Of a stretch of DNA of 56,386 bases, positions 13,101-26,400 are shown piece after piece. A program made the translations under genes and the position numbers. This stretch comes from Folioceros fuciformis. Its lineage: Eukaryota. The DNA lies in contig JBNGIO010006169.1 of assembly GCA_049999805.1 (NCBI GenBank), positions 73,354 to 129,739 of the forward strand, in the 5' to 3' direction. A model generated the notes under the pieces. The model was not told the origin of the DNA. It searched no databases and saw only the letters and a program-made list of their open reading frames with translations. Positions within the stretch are counted from its first letter, which is position 1. Each line of letters begins with the position of its first letter.

Positions 13101-14320
13101 GTCGTCGGTCAAGCAAAAGTAGTAACGAGATCCGCCAAGTGAAGCCTCCTGTATCTTCCCAGATATATCTGCATGGACAAGCTCCAATACTTGTGATGCC
13201 CTATGTGCAGGTGCATTAGGGAAAGGAGCCTCCTTCTTCTTGGCAAGAATGCATGCTTCGCAGACTGTAAGGTCTTTGAAGCACTTGGGCATGGGTTCTC
13301 GAAAACATTCCTTGTTGGACATGTCCACCAGCTTTGCTCGGTTAACGTGTCCTAGGCGAGCATGCCACAAAGCAGCCAGCTTCTTCTGGTCCATGTGGGT
13401 ACTCCTCGTAGAACATACTGTATGAGCACGCTTGCAGTTGATGTTCAGCTTATACAAGTCGTTGACGGTACCACCCCTTCGAAGGCACATATACCAGGTG
13501 AACATGCCTTGCTAAAGGAACAAGACACCTGATAAGCTTGCATAAGAAGAGCGTACGCCTTCAACAGTCTGCTAAGTGACATCAAATTCTTCGCCATCCT
13601 CGGGACATACAACACCTCGTCAAGAGTAAGCTCTGTATTGTCCGGCAAGATAAAGGTACACCTCCCGTGTTCTCTGATCTACAACCCAGTCTCAGTCCTC
13701 TCATCTCCCAACAACGCTTTCTCAGGTACTTTAAGCAGATGCAGATGTGAAAACTGGTCCTTGTCCATACAAATATGTTTAGTTGCTCCAGAGTCCGGAT
13801 ACCAACTGATTCTATCCCTCGTGGAGCTAGACAGACAAACAATATAAATCCTCATAGTAGATTTATCGTGGTCATCTCCAGACTTGTCTTTCACTGCCAT
13901 GCTGGAAGTAGGTGTGTGTTGGCGCTACGGCTCGCTTGCCTTCTTCTTGTGGCAATCACGGGCCCAATGCCCAGCTATCCCACACCAATAACAGTTGTCT
14001 ATCCTCTTAGTGGAAGAAAATCCAGAGTCACTAGCACGCTGACATGATCCTTGAGTCTTCCCTTTATTTGTGTGCGGCTTGAACTTCGTAGCCATCACCT
14101 TTTCACTCTTGTGTTTATGTCCACCTAACATAAGCTGCCGACTTTGCTCCTCTTGGTACAATGCCCCAATGACATCCTCCAATGGCCTAGTGTTGGATGT
14201 GCTCGCAGCGCTTGTGGGGCGAATTGGACCATTTTGTATACTCACAAAATTTTGATAGGATGGTGGAAGGCTGATTAGCAGTTGCGCAGTGGAGAGGTTG
14301 GAGTCTCCAATCATTAGAAT
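10023..14320 (-). mobile_element. Degenerate, 5'-truncated Ty1/Copia LTR retrotransposon
   Basis: Copia domain order: gag zinc knuckle CYWCGIAGHWARDC, protease WYPDSGATKHIC, LWHARLGH..CEAC, integrase LELVHADISG / LRMDNGTEF / QQNGVVERKN, RT PISCKWVFK..YKSRLVARGF..LYVDDVIL, RNase H GFTDADWASDADSRR..SSTEAEY..CDNMSA..ADILTKAL. Many stops and frameshifts. Confidence 0.95.
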
Positions 14321-16065
14321 CTTGCATCGCTAATGCTAACAAATATACTTTAGTTGTTGTTGATGCATTGAATAATAAGTTTCATAATCTTGGTGTATTG
14401 CAATATCCTTGTCGTCTATTGAATCCTGAATTTTATCTTGGAGACGTGGATGAATACATATTATTAGTTGATAATTTGTTAGAGATATTATTAAAAAGTT
14501 TAAAATTAATTCTTTTGATATAGATATTAATGGAATCAACCCTTTTATAGTTGATGAGGTATGTTAAATTGAGTTGCTAATATTTATCTCATTTGCAAGT
14601 ATTTTTTGTACTGGATTTAATAATATCTTACATAATACCGATAGCTCTGACTCCGTCTACGTTAAGTGTTTAGAATTATGTTTTATCATACCTTTTCATA
14701 ACTCCTATATGTGAGCTCTGGGATTTTCTAAAAAAAACTTTATAATAAATAAAATAAAAATGAATCTTAACATTCTCACTTTCATGCACTAACCAGTACG
14801 TCCATCAATGGTCCTATATTAAGCACATACATTGGCACAGTACGTTCAAAGCATGGAAAGACCACCCTTGACCGTAGAATATACCAAACATTTGAAGTGA
14901 TGTGAACCGTATGAGTCAGCCGATTGTCCATTCCCTACTGCACCACGCCACACACGAAGGGCCTTCCTGTCTACGATTTCATCTTTCTGGATCGCACAGC
15001 GGAATACCGAACGCTTGCTAAGTATGACAGATCTTTGGCGGCCGATGCCACCAACGGACGCCAAGCAGCTCACCATCGCGCTTTTAAGTCTTTATCAAAA
15101 TTTCACTGAAGTGTGTGAGCAGACGGCATCAGCTTGCTTCTCTAGTAAGAAATCCATGGCGACATAAGCGATTTGCGATCATAAAGCAATGTTGTCCCAT
15201 AACTCTTCCATTCTTGCGACACATGGAGAATCATTTTCTGCTGCCGGAATTGAGATGCCTGTGCTCAAACCTCCTCGATTGCCAAAACTGAAAAGGCTTG
15301 TCTGACAGACCGGCACAAGCATGTGGACAGAGCGTCCCCTGAACTTTTCAGTAGTAATCCGGAGGCGTTATGAGGCCCATTGTTTGGACAGATTCTGGTT
15401 CCTGGTGACTATGTAATGTTGCAGGGCAATGGTTCTCGAAGAAGTCTGGTAAGGACAATTGGACACAGGAGCAGTAGATGGGAGTCAGTTTGGAATTTGA
15501 ACTCACGAGCGTTCCTTCTCCGTGGTGCTTTTCAATAATGCTCACTACACTTCAGGATAGTTGGCTTTCAGTAACCCTGAGACTGAACACCTCAAGACCT
15601 TGTGCATATCGAGAACTGTCCGGCTGGACCGCTTCTTTGACCTGTCCATCAATCTGCAAGCTGTATACGTATATCCAACCAAGCATGGGAGTTGTCCTCA
15701 GACAGTCATATCCTCCACACAGATCAGCCTGAGCGGAAAAATCGTAGGACCGCAGTACTTCAGCTGATCAAATGTCTTAGCGTAGCCTCAACAGGTTGTG
15801 ATGAGTCTCGTAAACTCCCACGTTTTGCATCCAAGATTAGGTGCAAGGACGTCGGCGCCAACGGATCGTCCGAGGCAGCATGAGGCAAGACATTTGCGGG
15901 AACATGGTCGCCTGACGCCATATCTCGACGTCAGTCGTAAGTACAGAGACAAACAATGAGGGTCTAGAGTCATGTGACCATTCCCTTGAGTCTCATACCC
16001 AACGAGGATGCGGTTGGGGCGTAAGCTAAAATCACAGAAGATCGAAAGTGACAATCTGACTCTAA

Positions 16066-16075
16066 CTAGGGTTTT
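16066..16075 (-). promoter_or_regulatory. Telo-box (AAACCCTAG) upstream of the ribosomal protein S18 gene
   Basis: ctagggtttt lies about 60 bp before ATG 16138; telo-boxes are a known motif in plant translation-machinery genes. Confidence 0.45.
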
Positions 16076-16137
16076 GAAACAGGGAATTTTGTCCTTCTAC
16101 CGATCTCAGTCGACGAATTCAGCCCCGAGGTTGGAGC

Positions 16138-17771
16138 ATGGCTGGCGCGGTCATAGGCCCGGCCAGGAGGGCTCTCTTGCCTCTGGCTCGAGCATGCCAG
16201 TCTTCTGCAGTACGCTATCAGCTCTGTGTTGGCCCGACGGTGAGGGCTGCGGAGTTCTGTTCCAAAGCCCGAGGTCTGTTGATTCCCATTGTCCATGTCC
16301 TGTTTGGTATGCTTTGCTTCCAGGTTGATTTGTTAAGTTTGTTTTCGCTTTTGATTGGGGGCAGGCTCTGATCGACAGGAGGGTCAGCAGACGCCAGTAG
16401 CTCAAGGGCAGTGGAGGAAATGGATCGAATGGAAGCTTTCTGGTAGGCTCTGTGGGCAGACGTTGAGGGTAGTGGGGCTAATGTGGTCTTATCATGAGGG
16501 AGTCATGTGAAAAAGTTGCTGGATTCTGCTACCTTCGTAGAAAAGGATAAGAAGCGGGGTGCGGGAACCGATGGCGTGTCGTCTACACGGGGGTCGGCAG
16601 CTAAGTCTACAAGTACTGTGCACCTGTCTTTTTGCCATCCGTTGTGTACTTGCTTGCTTGTGTGTGTGTGTGGCTGCTTGGACGCTTGGTAAGTTGATGG
16701 ATAGAGGCTACCGTGGTTTTGTAACTGGCATGGAGCTGACACAGTGTGGGTGTGGGATATCTGCAGATGTGTTGAAGGGAGCAAAGCAGGTGGGTGGGGT
16801 CCTTGAATCCGTAGATGATTTTGAGCGCCGGGTCTTGGGGACACAGTGGAAGGGGGTGAAAGATGGAGGTGGTAGTGATCTGCTGAAAGAGTTAGAGGCG
16901 ATTGACAATGCATCAGTTGCCTCGGATGGGATTTTTGATGAGGAGGAAGATGCTAGTATCCAGGCCAGTTGGGGTAACCCCGAGCCTGCAACTGAGGCAG
17001 ACATCAACGTAGCAGCAGACAGGGGCTTATCTGCCGCAGAGGCGTACGATCTGGAAAGTCCAGACAAGCCGTACCAATTCAGACCTGGTAGATCTTTTTT
17101 CCCAGGGCAGAAATATGATTCCGAGGTAAGAAAGACGTACACTCTGCAAGAGTTTGTTTCCCGTTTGCGCGCTTGCGTGCCAAGCCCCACATTCTGGGGC
17201 TGAGTTGCTTTATCTATCAACTCTGCTGCTTGTGCAGGATCTTGACATATCAAGGCTGCATGAAACTGAGAGTCAGCATCAGAGAACCAAGAATGTAGTC
17301 GAGAGCAGTGTAGTACTCAAGAAGTCTGATTTCCGGGTATCATATCCTGTCGGCTGGTTCCTAGCTATATTGTTAACAAACTGAATTCGCCTTGCACTTT
17401 GCGTGGAAGTGGAAGCTAACGCCGAAGGCGCTGGGGTGGGGCTTGGCTATTGCAGAATGTCAGGTTTCTGTCAGCTTTTCTCTCGGATACCGCAAGAATA
17501 CAGCCCAGAAGAAGGGTATGTGATGATCTCAGTACTGCGTTCCCTTACCAGCTTTGCTCATCAATAGCACATGTATTGACCCATGGTTCTGTGCTTGCAG
17601 AATCGTATAAGTGCCAAGGCGCAGAGAAAGCTTGTCCGTGAGATCAAAATTGCTCGTTCGCTTGGACTGATGGCTTTCACCTCCATGGGGCAAGATCCTT
17701 TTGCTTTCCGTAGACCAGGCTCCGGACCGAACGGTTCAGGACCTCCAGAATTCTCCCGCCCTGGACCCTGA
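16138..17771 (+). CDS. RPS18: Nuclear-encoded organellar (probably mitochondrial) ribosomal protein S18 with long N-terminal extension, multi-exon
   Basis: Arg/Ala-rich presequence MAGAVIGPARRALLPLARA; spliced exons give ESVDDFERRVLG...PYQFRPGRSFFPGQKYDSE|DLDI...VLKKSDFR|NVRFLSAFLSDTARIQPRRR|NRISAKAQRKLVREIKIARSLGLM, the bS18 core. Confidence 0.88.
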
Positions 17772-18143
17772 AACGATCGACAAGTCGGGAAGTCATTCCT
17801 TCTTTCGGCGCCATTAAAGCACTACACCAAGGAGTTGGCTGAGCCGCGAGGCAGAGATCAATGCTACTAACACCAGTTACGTCAGCCTAGGATAATTGAC
17901 CAGTAGATAGTTAGCCTATCATATTAACACCTCAATTTACTACAGTACGCACGGACCCAATCGTTTGTGACAAGCCTTGCTTGTGTTTCGAAGTTTCCTT
18001 TAAGGAAAAAAATAGATTCTATTGGAATTCTGTCAAAGTTTCCCGGACATAGTGTCTAGGTGTTCGATTGTTTGAACAGGAAGTCTAGCTACAACTTGTA
18101 TTCGTCGCTGGATTCAGTCTGGTCCATCCCAGAGGTCGGCGCC

Positions 18144-18584
18144 ATGACCACTCGGTTGAAGAAACATCGCAAGAAGCGCGGACACGTCTCGGCGGGGCAC
18201 GGGCGTGTCGGCAAGCACCGCAAGCATCCTGGAGGGAGGGGTAACGCTGGTGGCATGCACCACCACAGGATTCTCTTCGACAAGTACCATCCTGGATACT
18301 TCGGCAAGGTTGGGATGCGCTACTTCCACAAGACCAAGAACCAGTACCATAATCCCATCGTGAACGTGGACAAGCTGTGGTCTCTGGTGCCGGATGCGGT
18401 GAAGGAGCAGGCAGATGGCACCAGGGCTGCGCCTCTCTTGGACGTAACGCAGCACGGTTTCTTCAAGGTGTTAGGGAAGGGCGATTTGCCCTCGCAACCC
18501 GTGGTGGTAAAGGCCAAGTTGTTTTCCAAGCTAGCGGAGAAGAAGATCAAGGCTGCTGGAGGCGCGGTGGTTCTTACGGCGTAA
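18144..18584 (+). CDS. RPL27A: 60S ribosomal protein L27a (uL15), intronless CDS, 146 aa
   Basis: [62 protein letters not shown]...[16 protein letters not shown] in gccATG context. Confidence 0.97.
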   Translation: MTTRLKKHRKKRGHVSAGHGRVGKHRKHPGGRGNAGGMHHHRILFDKYHPGYFGKVGMRYFHKTKNQYHNPIVNVDKLWSLVPDAVKEQADGTRAAPLLDVTQHGFFKVLGKGDLPSQPVVVKAKLFSKLAEKKIKAAGGAVVLTA

Positions 18585-18980
18585 GGTTTTTGCTGTGATT
18601 TTTAGTGTAGGGGGGACGGAGCGGATAGGGTTTAAGCTTTGATTTGGCTGGACCACATCTTCTGAAGCTTAGAGATGCCCGGTGAAGCTTTGGTTGTTTG
18701 TCATGTACTTTGATGCGAAGCTCGTCGCTCCTGGGAAGCTTAGTTTTGTTGGCCGTTGTGTTAGGCTGCAACTGTGCTTGACTTTGGGGGGTCAGGCTTG
18801 CCGAGCTCTTGAGAACTGGAATTAGGGGTGGAATGCCCCTCGTGAGTTTTGGTTGAGTGATTGTGGGGATTTAGAAACTGATTCGTCAAATCTTCCATTT
18901 TGGCATTCCTGGTTTCACTGAATAGTTTTACATGATGAGGAACTACAGGGCGTGCTGATATGAACTTCAAGCTACGATCC

Positions 18981-19741
18981 TCAAGATACTTTGTCCATCT
19001 GTCGTATCGGAGTCAGGATGTTAATCTTGCTCGTCTCCACAATACATCCGTTCATCACCATCTCTTCGAGCATGAAATGTGCTTTCTCCAGGTGAAACAT
19101 GATGTCAAGCTCGCACTGCACACAATCATTATATGAGATGTCGTCCTGTATCGTACTTGCGGGCTGTGGCTGGACAAACTATGGTGGCACACGACTAGGA
19201 AATGTAGAAACCAAGTCTACTAACCACGTTGCCGAAGTATTGGTCCATGGTTTCCACAAGGCAATGTATGAATTCCAAGATAGCCATTTCGTTCTACACA
19301 GTTCAAGCAGCGATGATACAACAATCTGCAAATTGCCCTGAGAATCGAGGAATCTCAAAAGGCGCGTCTCAAAAGGCTTACCTCATCTCCATCCACACCC
19401 ACTAGGAAGAAAAGAGACGCATACTTTCTGTAGATGATTTTGTAGCTCCGGTGCTCCACAAAGGAACACTACACGTTTCAATCGATTGGTGTCAGATCCT
19501 GCCTCGGAAAAGCACAAGACACATGGAATAGCTACATCCAGCTATCTGCAATCATTCAAGCAGCACGGATGCAGCCATACGGATTCATCAGCAAGTCCAC
19601 CTGATTTTCAGATCTCGCCAGGCATTTGCGCACAATCTCGCCTTCCAATGCGCGTCTTTCCTCCAATGTGAGATGCTCGTAGTACTGTGCCAGCCTGGTC
19701 TGCCCTGCTTTGTTCACGAGAAGCACAAACCGAATTGCCAT
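18981..19741 (-). CDS. AP4S: AP-4 adaptor complex subunit sigma, 4 exons
   Basis: [133 protein letters not shown]. Confidence 0.93.
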
Positions 19742-20413
19742 GTTCTATCTTCTATCAGCAGATTTCCGCAGCGTACAGACTTCGCTGGAAAAGAGCTCGA
19801 AAGGCGGTCTCTCGAAATCTCATCCCGGTCTCGAAGTCCTTCTCAAATCCTTCCAACAAGACAATTTTGGTTCCTCTTGGGTGCCCTGTGCTCAGTCGTC
19901 CGAACCAGCTTCGCAAATCCGTGTCAGGAGAAAAACCCTACATATCGGTTCAGCCCTAAAGGGAATTCAGGGGGTTTAAGGTGGAAGGGGTTCTCAACAG
20001 GGCTTAAAGGTTTGCGCTCCTGATAAGCGTGAATATTCATCAAGCTCAAGTCTGCCTTGTCGTCGAACTTATGCCTTATTAGTGGTGAATGCTTCCTGGA
20101 ATTCGTTTGGTGGGCTGACGCTATCTCGTGCAGATTCATGCAATCTTGGGGGTTCATGTTGTATGCAAGTGAACGTGGCGGTGATTGCTTTTTCAAAATT
20201 CAGAGGTGCCTGCCATTTGTTCTGTCTCGAGGACCATCGTTTGGAAGTCCGGGAAAACATTGGACATGTCCGTTGGCCCTGTAGATGAATCGGGCTGTCC
20301 TTGTTATGCATTGGTGGCCTTGTTAGGCTTGCATTGATACAACTCAAGGTGTATGTACATCCGTGCCTGCCTCGTGTTTGCCTTCCCCTTTTGTTGTACT
20401 GGTGTAGTAGAGT

Positions 20414-23400
20414 ATGGTTGAACACAATGACGCTCGCAAGGTGGCATTACATGCTTTGGAAAACCTTGTTAGAGTACGGGAACAGGAAGTTGAGGATATT
20501 GAGAATAAGCTAGCGCGCCTTGAAGCACACCTGGCTGCATTGCTGGAGTCCTTCTCCGTTCCGGTATTTCCTGAAGGTGGGTTCTTCTGCAGGCGGCCAC
20601 CCGAGATATTGGGAGCTGAGGATCTTGTTGAAGTCGATTGTAGGGAGTTGTTAACTGCCTTGTTTGACTGGTTTGATACCACTGGAACGGGAGGATGACT
20701 GAACTTATTTATTGTATCTCAGGTGTGGAACGAGATGATGTAAATCCTGTGGAGAAGAGCTGTGGAGGTGAAGTGATACCCCTCACGAGAGGGAGCAGTG
20801 ACGTTGCCCCAAACCTGATGCCGGCGAATCTCGTGGCACTGAACGAGTCACCTACAAGAAACTTGTGCGTTGTGAATCGAGGTGTGAAAGTGGATGGCCA
20901 AATATCAGTCTGTTAAGAGATTGCTGTCACCATTCCGCCTCTGTCCATCCATGATGATCCGAATGCCTTATACTATCCAGTGCTTGACTCATGGCGTTTT
21001 TGTCTCCAGACTTTGGGGCTGCTGGTGCAAGTCCTCGTCAGAACAGTCCTAGAGATGAAGTGGCAGATCTGCGTGGACGACACAGCAATGAAGCTGTTAA
21101 TCGTTTGACGAAGGGGGATCATATTGCACAAAACAGTTCACTGACGGAGAAGCTGCTCGATGTTGACACAGGTGTAGAGCGCGATGTTGGTAAAGTTCCG
21201 AGACAGTCCATCTCCTTTCTGACGAGTTCTTTAGCGTATTTCGGCTGTTTCAAAGCGAGGCAGCGCAGAGGCTTGTTTTAGAACCCTAAACTTTGTGCAG
21301 ACATTGGGAATACAAATGTTGGAGAGCGCCTGTTTGAAGTCGTGCCCAGAGATGATCAAGAATCAGCCTATCAAGCTCTTTTTGATAGGTCCATTCTGAA
21401 TATACAGAATCGTGGTGAATCTCTTGATTCACTCAAGATGTGCCATCAAACTGAGTTGAAACCAGAGTGGAAGTCAACTCCACCACTTTATTTCGATGGA
21501 CTTGAGCACTACAAGAAGTTCTTTCAATGTCTTATCTTTGAGGAGGCGATGGCTATAATTGACAAGTCCTGCCGAAAGCTGCCAGGTGCACCAGTGACAG
21601 GTTGAAAATATCGGTTTCCTGCAAAAAGTCTTGGTGCAGCATGCATGTTGCTGTTGGTTTCTGATTTTGCATTCAGATCTCTTTTTTTTACATGTTATTT
21701 TGTTCAAAATGGTTGGTTCCAGATGAATGTCGTCAACCTGGCTTAAGCAGCTCTCGGGAGTATTCTGTGTGGAAAGTTCGAGACAGTTCTCAGAATGGGG
21801 ATATTGAACCTTGTTTCCAATTTCGTGACCTTTGTGTTTATCCCTCCAAACCAGTTGAAGACTATCCTCAGCATTTTTCATCTGATCGCCTTACTTGGTT
21901 TAAGAAGGATGACATTATGATGGTTTTGCTTCCCTCTTCGAAGGAGATCCAGGGGCTTGCCATGGTAGGTGAAGTAAACAAGGAAGAGATTAAGCTGAGG
22001 ACACGCTTTGCCTGGAATTCGTCAGTTAACCAGGTTTTAGCTCCTTGTCTTGGAGTTTGAGATGAGCTCAATGAATGTAAAGAAGATGTAAAAATACGAG
22101 ATCTTTCTTTATGCTGACTTTTATCTTTGTTCTGCTAGGAATGTGTCCTGATGAAGATACCCCGTTTGACTGAGTTACGGCAGATGTTTATGGCCTTACC
22201 TAGAGCTTCCTCCATATTTCAACCTTTACTCCAGCAGCTTATGAAGCCAAGAGTGACTGGTAACAAATGGATAGTCCCGCATGCAGCTCCTTCTGGCTAT
22301 GGGGACCTTTCCAAGGCTACTGACTCGTTGGCTGAGTTGCGACACACGGAAAATCCATTCCTCTCATCATCGGCATCAGCAAAACTATTAGATGACTCGC
22401 AGCTTGGCGCGGTCATGGCGCTTATGAAGATGCACCAAGGCTTTTTGCTAGTTCAAGGTCTACCCAGATCTGCCCACTCGTCATGTTGGACAGTCTTCAT
22501 CTTTGCTTCATTTGATCACAAGAAGTACATCAAGGACATATCTAATGGGTAATGTGTTACATCAGGTGGTCCAGGAACTGGAAAGGTGGTTATTCCTTCA
22601 CATGCTGTACCTGGTGCTGCACAATGCTGCTGGTAGATTCTGTGATCTGAGAATAGGACGTAGTAGATTCCACTTGTGGTGACTGAAGGTCGTCTTTCCC
22701 ATAGACATAAACTGACTTATATGAATCCTTTTGTCTGCTTGTCGCATTCAGACAACCACCATATTTGGTGAGTCCTGTGTTTCCTCACTTGAGGTGGTTT
22801 AATCATGGTAAGTGGAGTCATCAGGGCCTGATTATGGACCAGTTGTACATATTTGCTGCAGGTATGGTTTCAGCTCTGTTGATCCACCAGCCGAAGTAAG
22901 TGCATTTATTTAGTCCCTGTGATTACAGATTGAAAGCACAATCCTGCTGGCATTCTAACAGTTTTCTGCTGGGAGCTGCTGTTTCACATTACTAGGATTA
23001 GGATCCTTGTTTGTACACCATCAACTGCAGCAATAAACCACATCCGCCTGGGTCTGATGGATGAGATGCTTGACAAAGGTGGGAGGCCTTTGTTTCTCAC
23101 ATCAATGGCCTTTCATGAGCTTGTCTTCAGAAGCGGAGATACTGACCATGGAACAGGGCCTGTTGCTAGAGAAAGGGCTTCTGTTGTGTGTGCTACATTG
23201 GTTGAATGTGGTGGCATGCAAGCAGTGAATCAGTTTGATGTGGCAATCATTGGTACGAGCCGCTCTTCTTTCCTAGGATTGGATGATTGGAAGTACGGGT
23301 CATCTGTTTTGCTGATCTCCGTTTTTTTTTTTTTTTTGCCTCATCCAGATGAAGCTGCCCAGGTATTGTTTCCCGTGCAATTGTCGCTGAATTCATTACT

Positions 23401-26400
23401 TCGTATCATGAGTTGAACGTCTGGGCTGAGCAGCGTGGTTGCTCTGAAGGCTTTGGAATGTGAGGCGATTATGGCCCTGTTCACAGGGGCGAAACGCTGT
23501 GTCCTCTTTGGTGACCCTCGGCAGCTGGCTCCAAAAGTTCATCAAGAACCTGGTGAGGACATGTCCGGCCAGATGGTGCTTTGTATGTCAATGTGCCCAC
23601 CTGATGCCGAAGCTCTCTTTTGTAGTGTATGTGTGCTCTTTCACCAAATTTTGAAGTCACGTTATGCACCTTTTTCCTGGCAGCTGCAGGCTTTGCACGA
23701 ACCTTAATGGGGCGGTTGCAAGATGTGGGGTTAGCTGTTCACTTGTTAACGACCCAATATCGCATGCATCCAGATATAGCGTACTTTCCTTCCCGCCAAT
23801 TCTATGGGAATTGCCTTCGTAATGCTGGACCGCCTGTTGAAGCGATCTTCACGTCAGAGGCTCAAGCTCTTGGGACATGGTCACGAGGTTTCAGGATAAG
23901 GCCAAGAAGCTATTGCTTCCTCGATGTGAAGTCTACATACATTTCTGTAGAGCATGAGGCCGTGGAGGTATACTTTGTCCCTGCAATCGTTGAAGGGCTG
24001 CTGCGAAGTTTGAAGCCAGGAGTAAGACCAAATGTTGGAGTAATTACGTCGTCCTCACAGGATATAGCACCCATTAGCATTGAGCTGCAGAAGTTTGGTG
24101 TATCAGAGGCAGTATGCGAAGTTAATACTGTTGATGGCTTCCAGGGGAGGGAGAAGGACATCATTGTGCTGTCTTGTTTGAAACCTAAGGAGGCTGGTAG
24201 CTATTTCAGTGATGACAGGATGTTGGCTGTAGCCCTGACAAGAGCGAGGCACTCTCTAGTCATTGTGGGGGATTCAAGTCTGCTTCGATGTGTGAGTTGG
24301 TCTTGGGAAGCTCTTGTAGAGGATTCCAAAAAGCGCCAAGTTCTTTGCCAGAATCTAAGGGAGAAAACTTGCAGTAAGGAGAGGCGCAACGAGATGAGTA
24401 AGGGGCTGCATATGAAGACAGGTCGCTATCGGGAAAGGATGGTCAGGGCAGGGCAGGATGCCTCTGTAAGCAGAATGGCACCAGGAAACAAGGTTGAGAC
24501 GCCCAGAAGAGCAGGGCAGAAGAAGTTGGCGTCCAACAATGCTGTACGACACGAACATAGAGGTCCTACACTCACTAGACGAAATAGCCACCATTTTGAG
24601 GAGCATGTTTATTTCGGTCAGGATGATATGAGTGCGAAGGTCAGGAGATATAACACCTATGAAACCCATGCTAGACAAAATAAAGATCCAGAGCCAAAAG
24701 TCAGGAGACTGAGGAGCCAGAAGATGAAAACAAAGGAGCAGGACAAGGAGCGCGAGCATGCTGCATCAGGCATAATTGACTCGAGTGGTCACCCAAAGGA
24801 GTACATACAGGGGGAGCGGAACTGCAGGATGCCACAAGTCAGCAGAGAAAAACCTGAGAAAGAAGCAAGGAGGGGGGTGCGCAAGACTCATGTTGAGGGT
24901 GAGGTACAAGAGGACGGTGGTAATTTTAGTGTCACTGGAATGACACAAAGTGGAAGGCATAACAGGAACAGTCGCCTGGAGGGCGAAGTCCAGAGGGAGC
25001 AACTCAGGGCCAGGGGAAAGAGGTTTAGGACGAGGGAAGATTCCGTGGCGGATGTTAGCTGCAAGACACAGAGGAAGCTGGACGAAGAGATGCCAAAGAC
25101 GAAGAAGCACAAGGGCAATGAAAGGGTAGGAAAGGCAGAGGTGAGAAAATGGAGCACGAAGAAGGAAAGCTCCGAGGAGAACATGATACAGAAAAAGAAG
25201 ATTGACCATGATGTTGCGGACAACTTGGAGCGAGGAAAGAACGAAATCAAGAGAAAAGTTCTTGAGGTGGAGGATGAATATGAGGAAGAATCTAAGAGGA
25301 AGCAGGGAATAGGCAAGCCATCAGACAGGAAGTCCAAGAAGGGTGAGGACGAGCCAAGGGTTCGAAAGAGGAATAAACAACACGATGGCCAGGTGTTAGG
25401 TCTTGAAGGTGAAATTGTGAGCAACAAGGTAAAGTCTGAGACGAAGCTAATGAATGGGAAGGGGAACCAGGTCGAAAAGACACGCAGGAAAGGTAAGGAA
25501 CCCCAGGTTGAGAAGAAGCTTAGAAGAGTGAAGGAGGACAAGGTGGTGGAGACGTTTAGGAGAGGTCAGGAAAACCAGGGTGAGAAGAAGCTAAGAGATG
25601 TTACGCAGGGCAACGTCTATAAGAAGTCTAGAAAAACAGGTAAGGAGTACAATGCTGAGCGGACGCCTAGGAATGTCCAAGAGGACAAGGTTGAGAAGAT
25701 GCGTAGGAAAGGTAAGGAACACCAGGTTGAGAAGAAGCTTAGAAAGGTTAAGGAGGACAAGGTTGAGAAGACACCCAGAAAAGATAAGGAAGACCAGGGT
25801 GAGAAGAAGCTAAGAGAAGTTCACGAGGATAGGGTTGAGAAGAAGCTCAAAAAAGGTATGGAAGACAAGGTTGAGACTACGATTAGAAAAGCTACGGAAG
25901 ATCAGGTTGACAAGTTAGGAAAGTTCAAAAAGGACAAACTCGAGCAGAAGATGAGAACAGGCACGGAGGAAAAGGTTCGGGAGACGCTAAGAAAAGGTGA
26001 AGGAAACCAGCTTGAAAACAAGCTTAGAAGTGGTGAGCTGGGCAAACTTGAAAAAGTTGGAGAAGGAAATCAACTAAAGGCGCAAAAGGAGGACAAGAAA
26101 TTGCGATCCCATTCAATTCAGAAACTGGAGGTTACTCCGAAGCAACCGGGAAGGACGAGGAGACAGGAGAAGCAAGATGACAACGAAAAAATAGTGCGAA
26201 ACAGCACTCGGATGAGAAGAAACCAGGAGATGAACATTGACAGGGAAGGGGACTCGCAGAATGGAGAACATAGGGCTCAGAGAAACAAGCATAACCAGGG
26301 TGCAATGGACGCGGACATCAGTTTGGGAAAGACGAAGAAGACGACTGCGGATGCAGTGGCTGATGCAGAGAGGAAGCCCAAAAGGCAGAAGATCGGGACC

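Noticed and set aside
14846-16054. Small minus-strand gene divergent from S18
   Set aside because: Some splice-like sites exist, but I could not build a stop-free, recognisable protein.
18060-18143. N-terminal extension of RPL27a in the ORF track
   Set aside because: It starts at a non-ATG codon; the conserved protein begins at ATG 18144.
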